From an uncultured Sphingopyxis sp. (lineage in GTDB: Bacteria > Pseudomonadota > Alphaproteobacteria > Sphingomonadales > Sphingomonadaceae): a DNA stretch of 64,000 bases. The stretch lies in contig CALMYE010000303.1 of assembly GCA_937873425.1 (NCBI GenBank), forward strand, positions 50,928-114,927. The letters run 5' to 3'. A program made the position numbers and the translations under genes. This document shows positions 49,037 through 58,336 of the stretch, piece after piece. Position 1 is the stretch's first letter. Each line of letters starts with the position of its first letter. The notes beneath the pieces were generated by a model. That model was not told the origin of the DNA and searched no databases. It saw only the letters and a program-made list of their open reading frames with translations.

Positions 49037-49885
49037 GGCCGCGTTGACAAAAGACTTCAGCCATAGCCGCGTGGCGGCGAGGTTTAGGAAGCTCTCGAAC
49101 GAGAGAAGGGTTTTGTCATATCGAGTGGCGATGCGTCGTTGCTGTTTGAGCTTTCCGAACATGCGCTCGACGCGGTTGCGGTCCTTGTAACGGCGATAGT
49201 CGGGATGCTCTGGCACCTTGCGGTTCGAGCGGGGCGGGATGATCGGCAGGATGCCCCGGGTCAGCAGGCTTTCCCGGAAGCGATCACCATCATAGCCCTT
49301 GTCCGCGAGCAGCGCCTTGGGTGTGGCGACGGGGATCGCCATCAGCGGTTCGGCAGCGGTGTAATCAGAAGCCTCGCCGCCGGTCAGGATGAAGCCGACA
49401 GGCAGTCCTTGATTGTCGCAGCGGGCGTGGATTTTGCTCGTAAAGCCGCCGCGTGATCGACCAAGAGCGTTCGCACAAGCCCCCCTTTTCCGCCCGCTGC
49501 CGAAACATGGCCGCGAACGCTGGTGCTGTCGATCATATGTTGCCAGTCGTCGGTCAGACCCAGATCGACCAGCGTTTGCAGCAGGGCATCCCAGACACCC
49601 TGTTCGGCCCAGCGCCGGAAGCGGACATAGACCGAGTTCCACTTGCCGTAGCGCTCGTGCATGTCGCGCCAAGGGCAGCCGACCCGCAGCACGTGAAGCA
49701 TGCCGTTGAGAAAGCGACGATTATCGCCCGACGGCCGCGCCCAGCGACCACGTTCAGGCGGCAGCAGCGGCCCAATCAGGTCCCACTCCGCATCCGACAA
49801 ATCCCCGCGACCCATGACTGATCCTCAAAAAGCAGTCTTGAATCAGAAGGAGGAGGATTTGGGAATCCCTTTTGTCAACACGGCC
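49037..49885 (-). mobile_element. IS5-family element (849 bp, IS427-like, two frames)
   Basis: IRs GGCCGYGTTGACAAAAG; TA duplication; orfA from 49815 and orfB to 49034 joined at a GAAAAGGGGG slip site. Confidence 0.92.
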
Positions 49886-49999
49886 TAATCAAGTTGGCGC
49901 GCGGTTGAAGCGCATTGAATCAGACGGGTTGGTTTCACCATTGGCTCGATCGTTACTCATCATTGACTGCCACTGCCAATTCGGTTGTTCGGTATTCTG
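49886..49999 (-). ncRNA. 5' (target-binding) half of putative IS1111 bridge/seekRNA
   Basis: Contains TCTGATTCAA (10/10 to reconstructed target) and AACTTGA (6/7). Confidence 0.6.
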
Positions 50000-51022
50000 T
50001 TAGGTCGTCAGTTGATAGGGCCCATAGGCTTCCTTCCGGGTCAGCACGACCCAGGCGATCCGGGCCAACTTGTTGGCAAGCGCCACGGAGACGACCCTGA
50101 ACGGCTTTTTCTCCGAGAGTTTCCTGATCCAGTCGGCCATGGGCGTTGGCTTATCCTTGATGTGGCGCATGACGGCGGTGGCGCCGACGACGAGCAGTCG
50201 GCGCAGATATCGGTCTCCCTGCTTCGAGATGCCACCCAACCTGGTCTTGCCGCCGGTGGAGTGCTGCTGCGGAGTTAGGCCGAGCCAGGCGGCGAATTGC
50301 CTTCCCGACCGGAACTGATCGGGATCGGTGACGATAGCAGCGATCGCGGTTGCCGTGATCACGCCGAGCCCCGGGATCGCGGCGAGCCTGCGAGAGGCCT
50401 CGCTCTCGGCATGCCAGGCCGCGAGTTGCTGGTCGAGCACCGCAATCTGGCTACTGACGCCCATGATCTGACGGATCAGTATCTCTACGGCCGCGCTTGC
50501 ATAGGATGGAAAAGCATCTTTGTTGGCCAGCACCTGGTCGGTCAGCTTTGCAAGGTTGGCAATGCCGGGGTTAGTGACGAAGCCCAGTTCCGCCAGATGC
50601 GCGCGCAGGGCATTGGCGAGCATAGTGCGCTGGCGCACGAGCAGGGACCGGGCGCGATGGGTCATGAGGATGGCCTGCTGCTCGACTGTCTTGACGGGCA
50701 CGAACCGCATCGTCGGACGCTGCACGGCTTCGCAGATCGCTTCGGCATCGAGGGCGTCGCTCTTGCCGCGCTTCACATAGGCCTTCACGTAGGATGGTGG
50801 GATCAAGCGAACCTCGTGTCCCATCTCGGCGAGCGTGCGTGCCCAGTAATGTGCCGTTCCGCACGCCTCAATGCCAATCAGGCATGGCGACAGCTTCGAA
50901 AAGAACGGCAGCATCTGCTTGCGGTGCAGCTTCTTCACCAGCACCGTGGCGCCGTTCTCATCGACGCCGTGCGCCTGGAAAACGCTCTTCGCCAGATCCA
51001 GTCCTATCGTCGCAATCCTCAT
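50000..51022 (-). CDS. IS110-family DEDD recombinase/transposase
   Basis: IGLDLAK, IEAC, KSDALDAEAI; C-terminal WLGLTPQQHSTGGK with catalytic Ser. Confidence 0.95.
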   Translation of the reverse strand: MRIATIGLDLAKSVFQAHGVDENGATVLVKKLHRKQMLPFFSKLSPCLIGIEACGTAHYWARTLAEMGHEVRLIPPSYVKAYVKRGKSDALDAEAICEAVQRPTMRFVPVKTVEQQAILMTHRARSLLVRQRTMLANALRAHLAELGFVTNPGIANLAKLTDQVLANKDAFPSYASAAVEILIRQIMGVSSQIAVLDQQLAAWHAESEASRRLAAIPGLGVITATAIAAIVTDPDQFRSGRQFAAWLGLTPQQHSTGGKTRLGGISKQGDRYLRRLLVVGATAVMRHIKDKPTPMADWIRKLSEKKPFRVVSVALANKLARIAWVVLTRKEAYGPYQLTT

Positions 51023-51135
51023 CGTGAACGCTCCTCTTTCTGTTCGGGTGACCGACTCGCAGCATAGCGGCTGCGGACCGGTGCAGGGGCGTCCACATCA
51101 TCAAGCTTTGTGCTGGGATTGGAGGCCAGCAAATC

Positions 51136-52078
51136 ATGTCCAGACCCATATCGACGGATTTACGCGAGCGGCTGGTTTTGGCGGTTTTGCGGGAGGGGAT
51201 TTCGGCCCGGGCTGCTGCGGCGCGCTTTGGTGTTTCGGTCAGCAGCGCGATTGTGTGGGTCCGTCGGCACCGTGAGACGGGGAGCGTGGCACCGGGCAAG
51301 ATCGGCGGTTACAAGCCCAACATTCTGTCGGGCGCGCATGGCGACTGGCTGGTCGAGCGAGCCAAGTCAGATTTCACCTTGCGCGGACTGGTTGCCGAAC
51401 TGGCCGAACGCGGGGTCAGGGTCGACTATGTGCAGGTCTGGCGCTTCGTCCATGCGCGGGGGCTGAGCTTCAAAAAAAAGCGTTCTTCCCGCCGAACAGC
51501 TGCGCCCCAAGATCGCAAGGCGGCGCGCGCAGTGGCGCAAGTATCAGGGGCGGCTTGATCCCCGGCATCTCGTCTTCATCGACGAGACCTGGGCCAAGAC
51601 CAACATGGCCCCGCTCAGGGGCTGGGCGCCCAAGGGCCAGCGGCTGCACGCCAAGGTGCCCTATGGCCATTGGCGCACCATGACCTTCATCGCCGCGCTG
51701 CGCTGCGACCGGATCGATGCACCGTGCGTCCTCGATCAGCCGATCAACGGGGCCACCTTTGCCAAATGGGTCGAGCAGTTCCTCGTGCCCACCCTCGCAC
51801 CGGGCGACGTCGTCATCATGGACAACCTCTCCAGCCACAAACGTCCAGCTATCCGCCAGGCCATCCGTGCCGCCAAGGCCAAGTTGCTCTACCTGCCACC
51901 ATATTCGCCCGACCTGAACCCGATCGAGCAGATGTTCTCGAAGCTCAAACACCTGCTGCGAAAGGCCTCCGAGCGAACCGCTGAAAACACCTGGCGACGC
52001 ATCGGATCATTGCTCGATGCCTTCAGCCCACAAGAGTGTGCCAACTACTTCGCCAACTCCGGATATGCATCAACCTAA
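51136..52078 (+). CDS. IS630 transposase (two ORFs joined by frameshift at A8G 51472-51480)
   Basis: HTH orfA; orfB DETWAK, MDNLSSH, LPPYSPDLNPIEQ. Confidence 0.9.
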
Positions 52079-52093
52079 TGTCATCCCGGTCTA

Positions 52094-52976
52094 ATGTGCG
52101 CTGGCGGCCCGCGCGTAACGAACAGCTCGGCCAGGGCCGCAAGCACGTCGTCGCTCTTGAGCTTGCGCGCGACCGGCAACGCCAGGCACTCCCGGCTCGC
52201 CTCGTCGATGATCGACAGGATCCGGTATTTGCGGCCATCGTGGGTGCGACCCTCGACGAAGTCGTAGGACCAGACATGCCCAGGATACTCGGGCCGAAGC
52301 CGGATGCATGATCCGTCGTTCAGCCACAATCGCCCGCGCTTCGGTTGCCTTTGCGGCACCTTGAGCCCCTCGCGTCGCCAGATGCGCTCGACCCGCTTGC
52401 GGTTCACATGCCACCCCGCGTCGCGCAGCAACGCAGTCACCCGGCGATAGCCATAACGACCATATTGCCGCGCCAGCGCGATGATATCCTCGGTAAGAGC
52501 CGCTTCGTCATCTGCTCCGCGGGGCGCCTTGCGCTGTGTCGACCGGTGCTGCCCAAGCACACGGCACAGCCGCCGCTCGGACACCGGCATCATCATTCTG
52601 ATGTGGTCGATACAGCGCCTTCGGCGCGCGGGGCTCAGAAGTTTCCCCGAGCAGCTTCCTGCAGGATCAGTTTGTCCAGCGTCAGGTCAGAGATCGCACG
52701 ACGAAGCCGCGCATTCTCTTTCTCCAGGTCCTTCATTCGCCGCGCCTGATCGGTCTTCAGGCCGCCATATTCCTTGCGCCACCGATAATAGGTCTGCTCG
52801 CTGACCGCGATCCGGCGACACGCTTCTGCGGTCGTCGCACCCTGCGCCAGAACAACCTCCGCTTCACGCAGCTTGCCGATAATCTCTTCCGGGTGATGCT
52901 TCTTGCTCGGCATTCATAATCTCCTTCGAAATCCAAAATATCATCAATTTTGGACCACTCAGAAGGAGGCAGATCA
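52094..52976 (-). mobile_element. IS3-family (IS407-like) element truncated by IS630
   Basis: Left end TGATCTGCC at 52976; orfA 52635-52913; orfB ends abruptly at RGPPAHI. Confidence 0.88.
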
Positions 52977-53133
52977 AAGGCTGGACTGTGCGCTGGTAGT
53001 TGAACGCCTCCGGCGACCGGATCGCCTTCCGGACCACCTTGCGCGATAACCGAAGATCACGGGCGATCACCTTGATCGCCTTGCCAGACGCATGCTCACG
53101 CCGAATCCGAACCACTGTCTCCACTACGAACAT
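52977..53133 (-). pseudogene. IS21-family IstA N-terminal fragment
   Basis: GKAIKVIARDLRLSRKVVRKAIRS HTH cut by the IS407-like end. Confidence 0.75.
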
Positions 53134-53214
53134 CCCGTTCTCGCCAACTAATCAAACCAGTCAGCCGCCTAAATCCTCGGGATGAAGGGTCCTATTGCAC
53201 GCTGATCCTCAGCC

Positions 53215-53463
53215 TTGGCCGAAACGATCAATGGCCTTTACAAGGCGGAGGTGATCCACCGGCGAGGTCCGTGGCGATCCTTTGAAGCTGTCGAATATGC
53301 CACGCTCGAATGGGTCGACTGGTTCAACAACAGGCGGCTGCTCAAGCCTATCGGAAACATCCCGCCCGCTGAAGCCGAAGAACGATATGACGCCATGCTG
53401 GACGACATCGCCATGGCTGCGTAACTTATGCCAAATGGCCTCCGGCAGTCCCGCGGCGCTTCA
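53215..53463 (+). mobile_element. IS3-family 3' fragment with right end
   Basis: AETINGLYKAEVIHRRGPW...WFNNRRLLKPIGNIPPAEAE; terminal CA. Confidence 0.85.
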
Positions 53464-53632
53464 CTTCATATTCGACGGCGTATACGACCATGCCTTCGAC
53501 AAACGATTTTAACCGGTACAACTGAGGCCGAGCCAGCAAACCCAATCATACACCGCTACGATCGCGACATCATCGATCGGAGAAAGATGCAAAAACCCCT
53601 CTTGACGGTCACGCGACCGTTACAAGTCCACG

Positions 53633-54841
53633 CTATTTTACCAAGTCCTTGGATATGACCTCGCGCTGGATTTCGGAGGCACCGCCGAAAATAGTGCCCG
53701 CCAAACCGTTCAGATGCCTACCGACTATTGCCCAACCGTGTTCTGGCACTGGAGCCTCATTGGAAACTGCGAATGCTGGACCATCGAATGCCAAATCAGG
53801 CAGCGCATGGGGCCCAAGGGCTTCCACCGAAGCTTTTTCGATCTCTTGGAGAAGCTCAGAGGCGAGCGTCTTGATGAGCGAAGCTGTCGTGCCGAGACGT
53901 TCTCCGGTCTGTCGCTTTGCGACTAGCCGCATGTCTAGCGCTTCGAGCGCCATCACTCGCGCCTCCAATTCGCCCAATCGAAATTGCCTATCTTTTTCGT
54001 CAATCAGGCGACTGCCATGGGAATCGCCGACTTCGTTCCGCAGGACATTCTTGAATCGCTCAAGCGCCACGCGCGATCGAACGGATGGCGCGCCGCCGCC
54101 TCGTTCGAATTCAAGCAGGTACTTGGCCTGGTTCCAGCCTTTTCCTTCTTCACCAACGAGGTTTTCGACCGGCACGCGAACGTCGTCGAAGAACACCTGG
54201 TTAACTTCATGATCGCCGCCAAGAGTAATGATCGGTCGAACCGAAACACCCGGTGATTTCATGTCGATGAGGAGAAAGCTGATCCCTTGCTGCTGCCGTT
54301 CCTCCGGCGACGTGCGCGCGAGCACGAAGATCATGTTCGCGAAATGCGCATGGGTCGTCCAGATCTTTTCACCGGTGACGATGTAATGATCGCCATCCCG
54401 CACGGCCTTCGTCTTCAGGCTGGAAAGGTCAGAGCCGGCGCCAGGCTCGGAAAAGCCCTGGCACCAGTAGTCTTCGCCGGATCGAATGCGAGGTAGATAG
54501 AACTCCTTCTGCCAGGGTGAACCGAACTCGCAGATGACTGGTCCGACGAGATTGATTCCCATGGGCGCGACGGCAGGAGCGCCACAGAGTGATGCCTCGC
54601 TCTCATAGATATATCGCTGCATGGGAGACCAGCCACATCCGCCGTATTCCCGAGGCCAGGCATGGGTAATCCAGCCCTTCCGGAATAGCGCCTGATGCCA
54701 TTCTTTTGACCAGGGGGGATCGACGAATACGCCGGTGGATAACCGACTCGCGCGACGGACGTCCGCCGACAGATGCTCCTCAAGGAAGGATAATACTTCC
54801 CGACGGAATTCGAGATCCTCTGGGGCTAGATCAATATCCAA
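53633..54841 (-). CDS. Acyl-CoA dehydrogenase (PimC-like large subunit)
   Basis: WCQGFSEPGAGSDL, GEKIWTT, IFGGASEIQR. Confidence 0.92.
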   Translation of the reverse strand: MDIDLAPEDLEFRREVLSFLEEHLSADVRRASRLSTGVFVDPPWSKEWHQALFRKGWITHAWPREYGGCGWSPMQRYIYESEASLCGAPAVAPMGINLVGPVICEFGSPWQKEFYLPRIRSGEDYWCQGFSEPGAGSDLSSLKTKAVRDGDHYIVTGEKIWTTHAHFANMIFVLARTSPEERQQQGISFLLIDMKSPGVSVRPIITLGGDHEVNQVFFDDVRVPVENLVGEEGKGWNQAKYLLEFERGGGAPSVRSRVALERFKNVLRNEVGDSHGSRLIDEKDRQFRLGELEARVMALEALDMRLVAKRQTGERLGTTASLIKTLASELLQEIEKASVEALGPHALPDLAFDGPAFAVSNEAPVPEHGWAIVGRHLNGLAGTIFGGASEIQREVISKDLVK

Positions 54842-55122
54842 GTTTACCTAACCTTCCATGTTTCAGCCATGCCCCGCAGAAAACGTGACAAAGCGCTTCG
54901 AACCAATAGTGGTCAACCGACGTTGCCGCTAAATTGCGCGATTTCTCCAGTGATACTAAGGTGCCGGGATGCCGATGCATCACACCTTGAAATATCCGGC
55001 TACGACACCGGTTGAACCGGAATGCGATGAGTCATACCCATCCTATCCTAGCATAAGACAGTCCGGCCATTGCCACCGCCTTAGCCTTACCTAAATTAAT
55101 ATAACGCGTATCATAATTTAAG

Positions 55123-55953
55123 TCAATCACGGGCCCTAAACTGAGTTTGCGACAATTCGTCAGCCCACACGGGCCGACGTTTTGCAATAAAGGCGTCTAC
55201 GGCCTCAATGTGATCGACTGTGTGATGCGCCAAGGCCTGATAAGCAGCTGACAGTTCCAAAAGGGGGCCTAACTTCATGTCCTGACCTTCTCGAAGAAGC
55301 CGTTTCGCCAAACGTGTCGAATGGCCGGGGTTCGCTGCGATTCGGTCGGCGATATCCAGGGCTCGATCGAGACAGGTCTCGGGCTCCACCACCTCGGTCA
55401 CCAGTCCGAATTCAAGCGCGGTTGCCGCATTAATCGCGTCCCCGGTCAATGTCATGATGCTGGCGCGCGCCATTCCTACTATGCGCGGCAGGAGCCAGGC
55501 ACCACCATCTCCCGGGATAATTCCCAGTTTGACGAAACTCTCTGCGAATGCTGCAGTTTTCGAGGCTATTCGGACGTCACACATACAGGCGAGATCAAGT
55601 CCGGCGCCAATCGCCGGTCCGTTGACCGCCGCAACCACGGGAACTTCGAGTTCGTACAGGGAAAGAGGAATCTTTTGAATGCCAAGCCGATAGTGATTTC
55701 GCTGTTCATACGGATTGCCTGCAAACATTCCATGCCTGGCCGCCATGTCCTTAACATTTCCACCGGCACAAAAAGCGGATCCTGCGCCGGTCATGACGAT
55801 CACTCTGACAGTATGATCTTCGGTCATTTCGCGGCAAAATTCCTCAATTTCCCTGCTATCATCGCGCGTGGAAATGGCGTTGCGTTGCTCAGGCCTGTTG
55901 AGGGTTGCAATAGCCACCGGCCCTTCGCGAGAAACCTTTAGGAATGAGCTCAT
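55123..55953 (-). CDS. Enoyl-CoA hydratase/crotonase
   Basis: AFCAGGNV, AVNGPAIGAGLDLACMCD, GIIPGDGG. Confidence 0.93.
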   Translation of the reverse strand: MSSFLKVSREGPVAIATLNRPEQRNAISTRDDSREIEEFCREMTEDHTVRVIVMTGAGSAFCAGGNVKDMAARHGMFAGNPYEQRNHYRLGIQKIPLSLYELEVPVVAAVNGPAIGAGLDLACMCDVRIASKTAAFAESFVKLGIIPGDGGAWLLPRIVGMARASIMTLTGDAINAATALEFGLVTEVVEPETCLDRALDIADRIAANPGHSTRLAKRLLREGQDMKLGPLLELSAAYQALAHHTVDHIEAVDAFIAKRRPVWADELSQTQFRARD

Positions 55954-56094
55954 TTCAAATTCTACTCCGTGTTGACATTTTTGCCGGAATGGGCGTTTAG
56001 TCAAACCGCTGCTATATCCGCAACCCCAATCGGTACGGATGCAATGATCGGTGAACCAGGCGTGCCACACGCTTTCGGGGAGTGTACCTCATAC

Positions 56095-57246
56095 ATGTTC
56101 AGTTCCTTTTCTCTTTCCGACATTCCGGGAGCGGATGAGGAATTCCGCTCGCGCGCGCGCGATCTTGCGGCAAGTGCGGTGGCGAATATGCCTATGGACC
56201 GTCGCGCACGCTCATGGATGGGTTTCGATGCCAAATTCAGCCGCCGTTTAGGCCAGGCCGGTCTTATCGGACTGATGCTGCCAGAAGAGTATGGCGGGGC
56301 CGGGCTGGGCCCATTCTCGCGCTTCGTGATCGTGGAAGAATTGCTTTCGGCGGGCGCGCCGGTCTCGGCCCACTGGATTGCTGAACGTCAGAGCGCGCCC
56401 CTGCTTCTAAAGTTCGGCACCGAGACCCAACGCTACAAGTATGTTCCCGGGATTTGCCGCGGCGAAATATTTTTCTGCATCGGTATGAGCGAACCAAACG
56501 CGGGTTCCGACCTGGCAAGTGTCAGGACCAGGGCCGAACCGATCGACAACGGCTGGCTCCTCAATGGCCAGAAAATCTGGACCACCAACGCTTTACATTC
56601 GGATTACATGATCGCTCTGGTCCGCACTTCCGGCACGCCGGAAGATCGGCACAAGGGCCTTTCCCAATTGATAGTGGACCTGCGCTTACCGGGCGTGGAA
56701 ATCAGGCCGATAAGGGATCTCGCTGGAGACGAACATTTCGCGGAGGTTTTCTTCGATAACGTGGAACTCGATACTTCCGCGCTGATCGGTGAAGAAGGAA
56801 AGGGCTGGCAACAGGTAGCCGCAGAGCTCGCCTTTGAAAGAAGCGGTCCTGAACGGATTTACTCGTCTCTGGTGTTGCTGGACGGCTGGCGACAGCACTT
56901 GCGGAATTCTGGGCGATCCGACGAAACGACCGCACGCACCTTGGGATCGCTGGTCGCGCGATTCAGCAGTTTACGCGCTATGTCGCTCGCTTGCACTGCG
57001 CAGCTGGCTTTAGGCGAAAGTCCTGTCGTCGAAGCCTCGATGGTCAAGGATCTCGGCACAGCGTTCGAGCAAGACATACCCCGCATCGTGGGCGATGACC
57101 TGGCGTCCCATCCCGAGGAAGACGTCGATCAGGATCTGTACAAGACATTGGCTTACATCGAGATGATCTGTCCGAGCTTTTCTCTAAGAGGAGGAACGCG
57201 GGAGATTCTCAGAGGCATCATCGCTCGCGGAATGGGGTTGCGATAA
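56095..57246 (+). CDS. Acyl-CoA dehydrogenase
   Basis: CIGMSEPNAGSDL, NGQKIWTT, SLRGGTREIL. Confidence 0.92.
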   Translation: MFSSFSLSDIPGADEEFRSRARDLAASAVANMPMDRRARSWMGFDAKFSRRLGQAGLIGLMLPEEYGGAGLGPFSRFVIVEELLSAGAPVSAHWIAERQSAPLLLKFGTETQRYKYVPGICRGEIFFCIGMSEPNAGSDLASVRTRAEPIDNGWLLNGQKIWTTNALHSDYMIALVRTSGTPEDRHKGLSQLIVDLRLPGVEIRPIRDLAGDEHFAEVFFDNVELDTSALIGEEGKGWQQVAAELAFERSGPERIYSSLVLLDGWRQHLRNSGRSDETTARTLGSLVARFSSLRAMSLACTAQLALGESPVVEASMVKDLGTAFEQDIPRIVGDDLASHPEEDVDQDLYKTLAYIEMICPSFSLRGGTREILRGIIARGMGLR

Positions 57247-58196
57247 TGGACGAAATCGGCCTTCTTGAACCGTTTGACCGGATGCTTGCCGATCTGTTCA
57301 GCAGCGCGACCCTGCGGCAAATCGGACGGGGTGAGCTGGATCCAGAAATTTGGATTACTCTGGAATCTTCGGGTTTCCTTGATGCACTAGTGTGCGAAGA
57401 GAGCGGCGGGGCGAATCTGTCTTTTGCCACTGTCCTGCCTCTCTTCTTGGCGATGGGACGAAGAGCGGTTCCGCTCCCGGTCGGCGAAACCATCGTGGCC
57501 CGCGCCTTGCTGGCGCAAGCGGGAAGCGATTATCGCCTCGGGCCAATCGTGCTCGGCGTTCCATCATTGATACTCCCAGGTGCGGAACACGCAAATTTTG
57601 TTCTGACGGAGGATTCGCGCGGAGTGAAACTACAACGTCTGGATGGCGTCGAAACGGTCGGCGCTTCCCGCGATCCGCTTTCGAGGAAAGAGCCAGCCAT
57701 CGGGATGGAAGAAGGCCGCGTGACAAAGACCGCCCCGGCTGCCGCAGTGCTGTATGCCGCCTTGATTGTCGGCGCGAGCGAGGCAGTTCTGGAAATGTGT
57801 GTGGACTACGCCCTCCAGCGTACCCAATTTGGGAAACCGATAGCGCGCCAACAGGTGCTTCAGCAGAATCTTGCGCTTGCTAGCGAACATGTAGTCGCCG
57901 CGCGAATGGCCTGCGAGACGGCAGTCCGGCATAGCAGTTGGCCAAGTCCCCTGGCAGCTGCAAGCGCCAAATTGATCGCCTCGCGTGCGGCACCGGTCGT
58001 TGCCGGGATCGCTCACGGCCTGCACGGGGCAATTGGAATCAGCGGCGAACACGATCTCAATCTTCTTATTCGACGAATCCATGCCTCGCGCCTGGCGGGC
58101 GGAGCCGAGAATTACTGGGCCGGCCTGATCGGTCGCGAAATACTGGCTGATCCTAGATCCACGCTCGATCTCGTTCGCGAAGAGATGTTTTCGTAG
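57246..58196 (+). CDS. Short acyl-CoA dehydrogenase-like subunit
   Basis: RTQFGKPI, HGLHGAIG; translationally coupled to the previous gene. Confidence 0.85.
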   Translation: MDEIGLLEPFDRMLADLFSSATLRQIGRGELDPEIWITLESSGFLDALVCEESGGANLSFATVLPLFLAMGRRAVPLPVGETIVARALLAQAGSDYRLGPIVLGVPSLILPGAEHANFVLTEDSRGVKLQRLDGVETVGASRDPLSRKEPAIGMEEGRVTKTAPAAAVLYAALIVGASEAVLEMCVDYALQRTQFGKPIARQQVLQQNLALASEHVVAARMACETAVRHSSWPSPLAAASAKLIASRAAPVVAGIAHGLHGAIGISGEHDLNLLIRRIHASRLAGGAENYWAGLIGREILADPRSTLDLVREEMFS

Positions 58197-58336
58197 AGTC
58201 TGAATTCAGAATCATTGGTGATGATTTTATGAGCTTGCGAGTCTGCGGGTGATGAGCTGGATCAAGGCGAGGTAGAGCCACGCCGCGGCGCTTCCTGCCC
58301 TTGATCTTCTTGCCCGCATCAGAGCCGCCCCGCGGC

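Larger units (their letters stand above)
47897..51103 (-). mobile_element. IS110-family, IS1111-type element (about 1.35 kb net), 3' NCR interrupted by IS5 and IS481
   Basis: 13-bp subterminal IRs ATGTGGACGCCCC (47900-47912, 51086-51098); shared (T)CA at both ends; removal restores the IS630 leader CTGATTCAAGCTTTG. Confidence 0.88.
47839..52091 (+). mobile_element. IS630-family element with nested insertions (about 1.05 kb when nested elements are removed)
   Basis: IRs GAGCGGGATGACATTTGGCTGA / GACCGGGATGACATTAGGTTGA; TA at 47837-38 and 52092-93. Confidence 0.88.
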
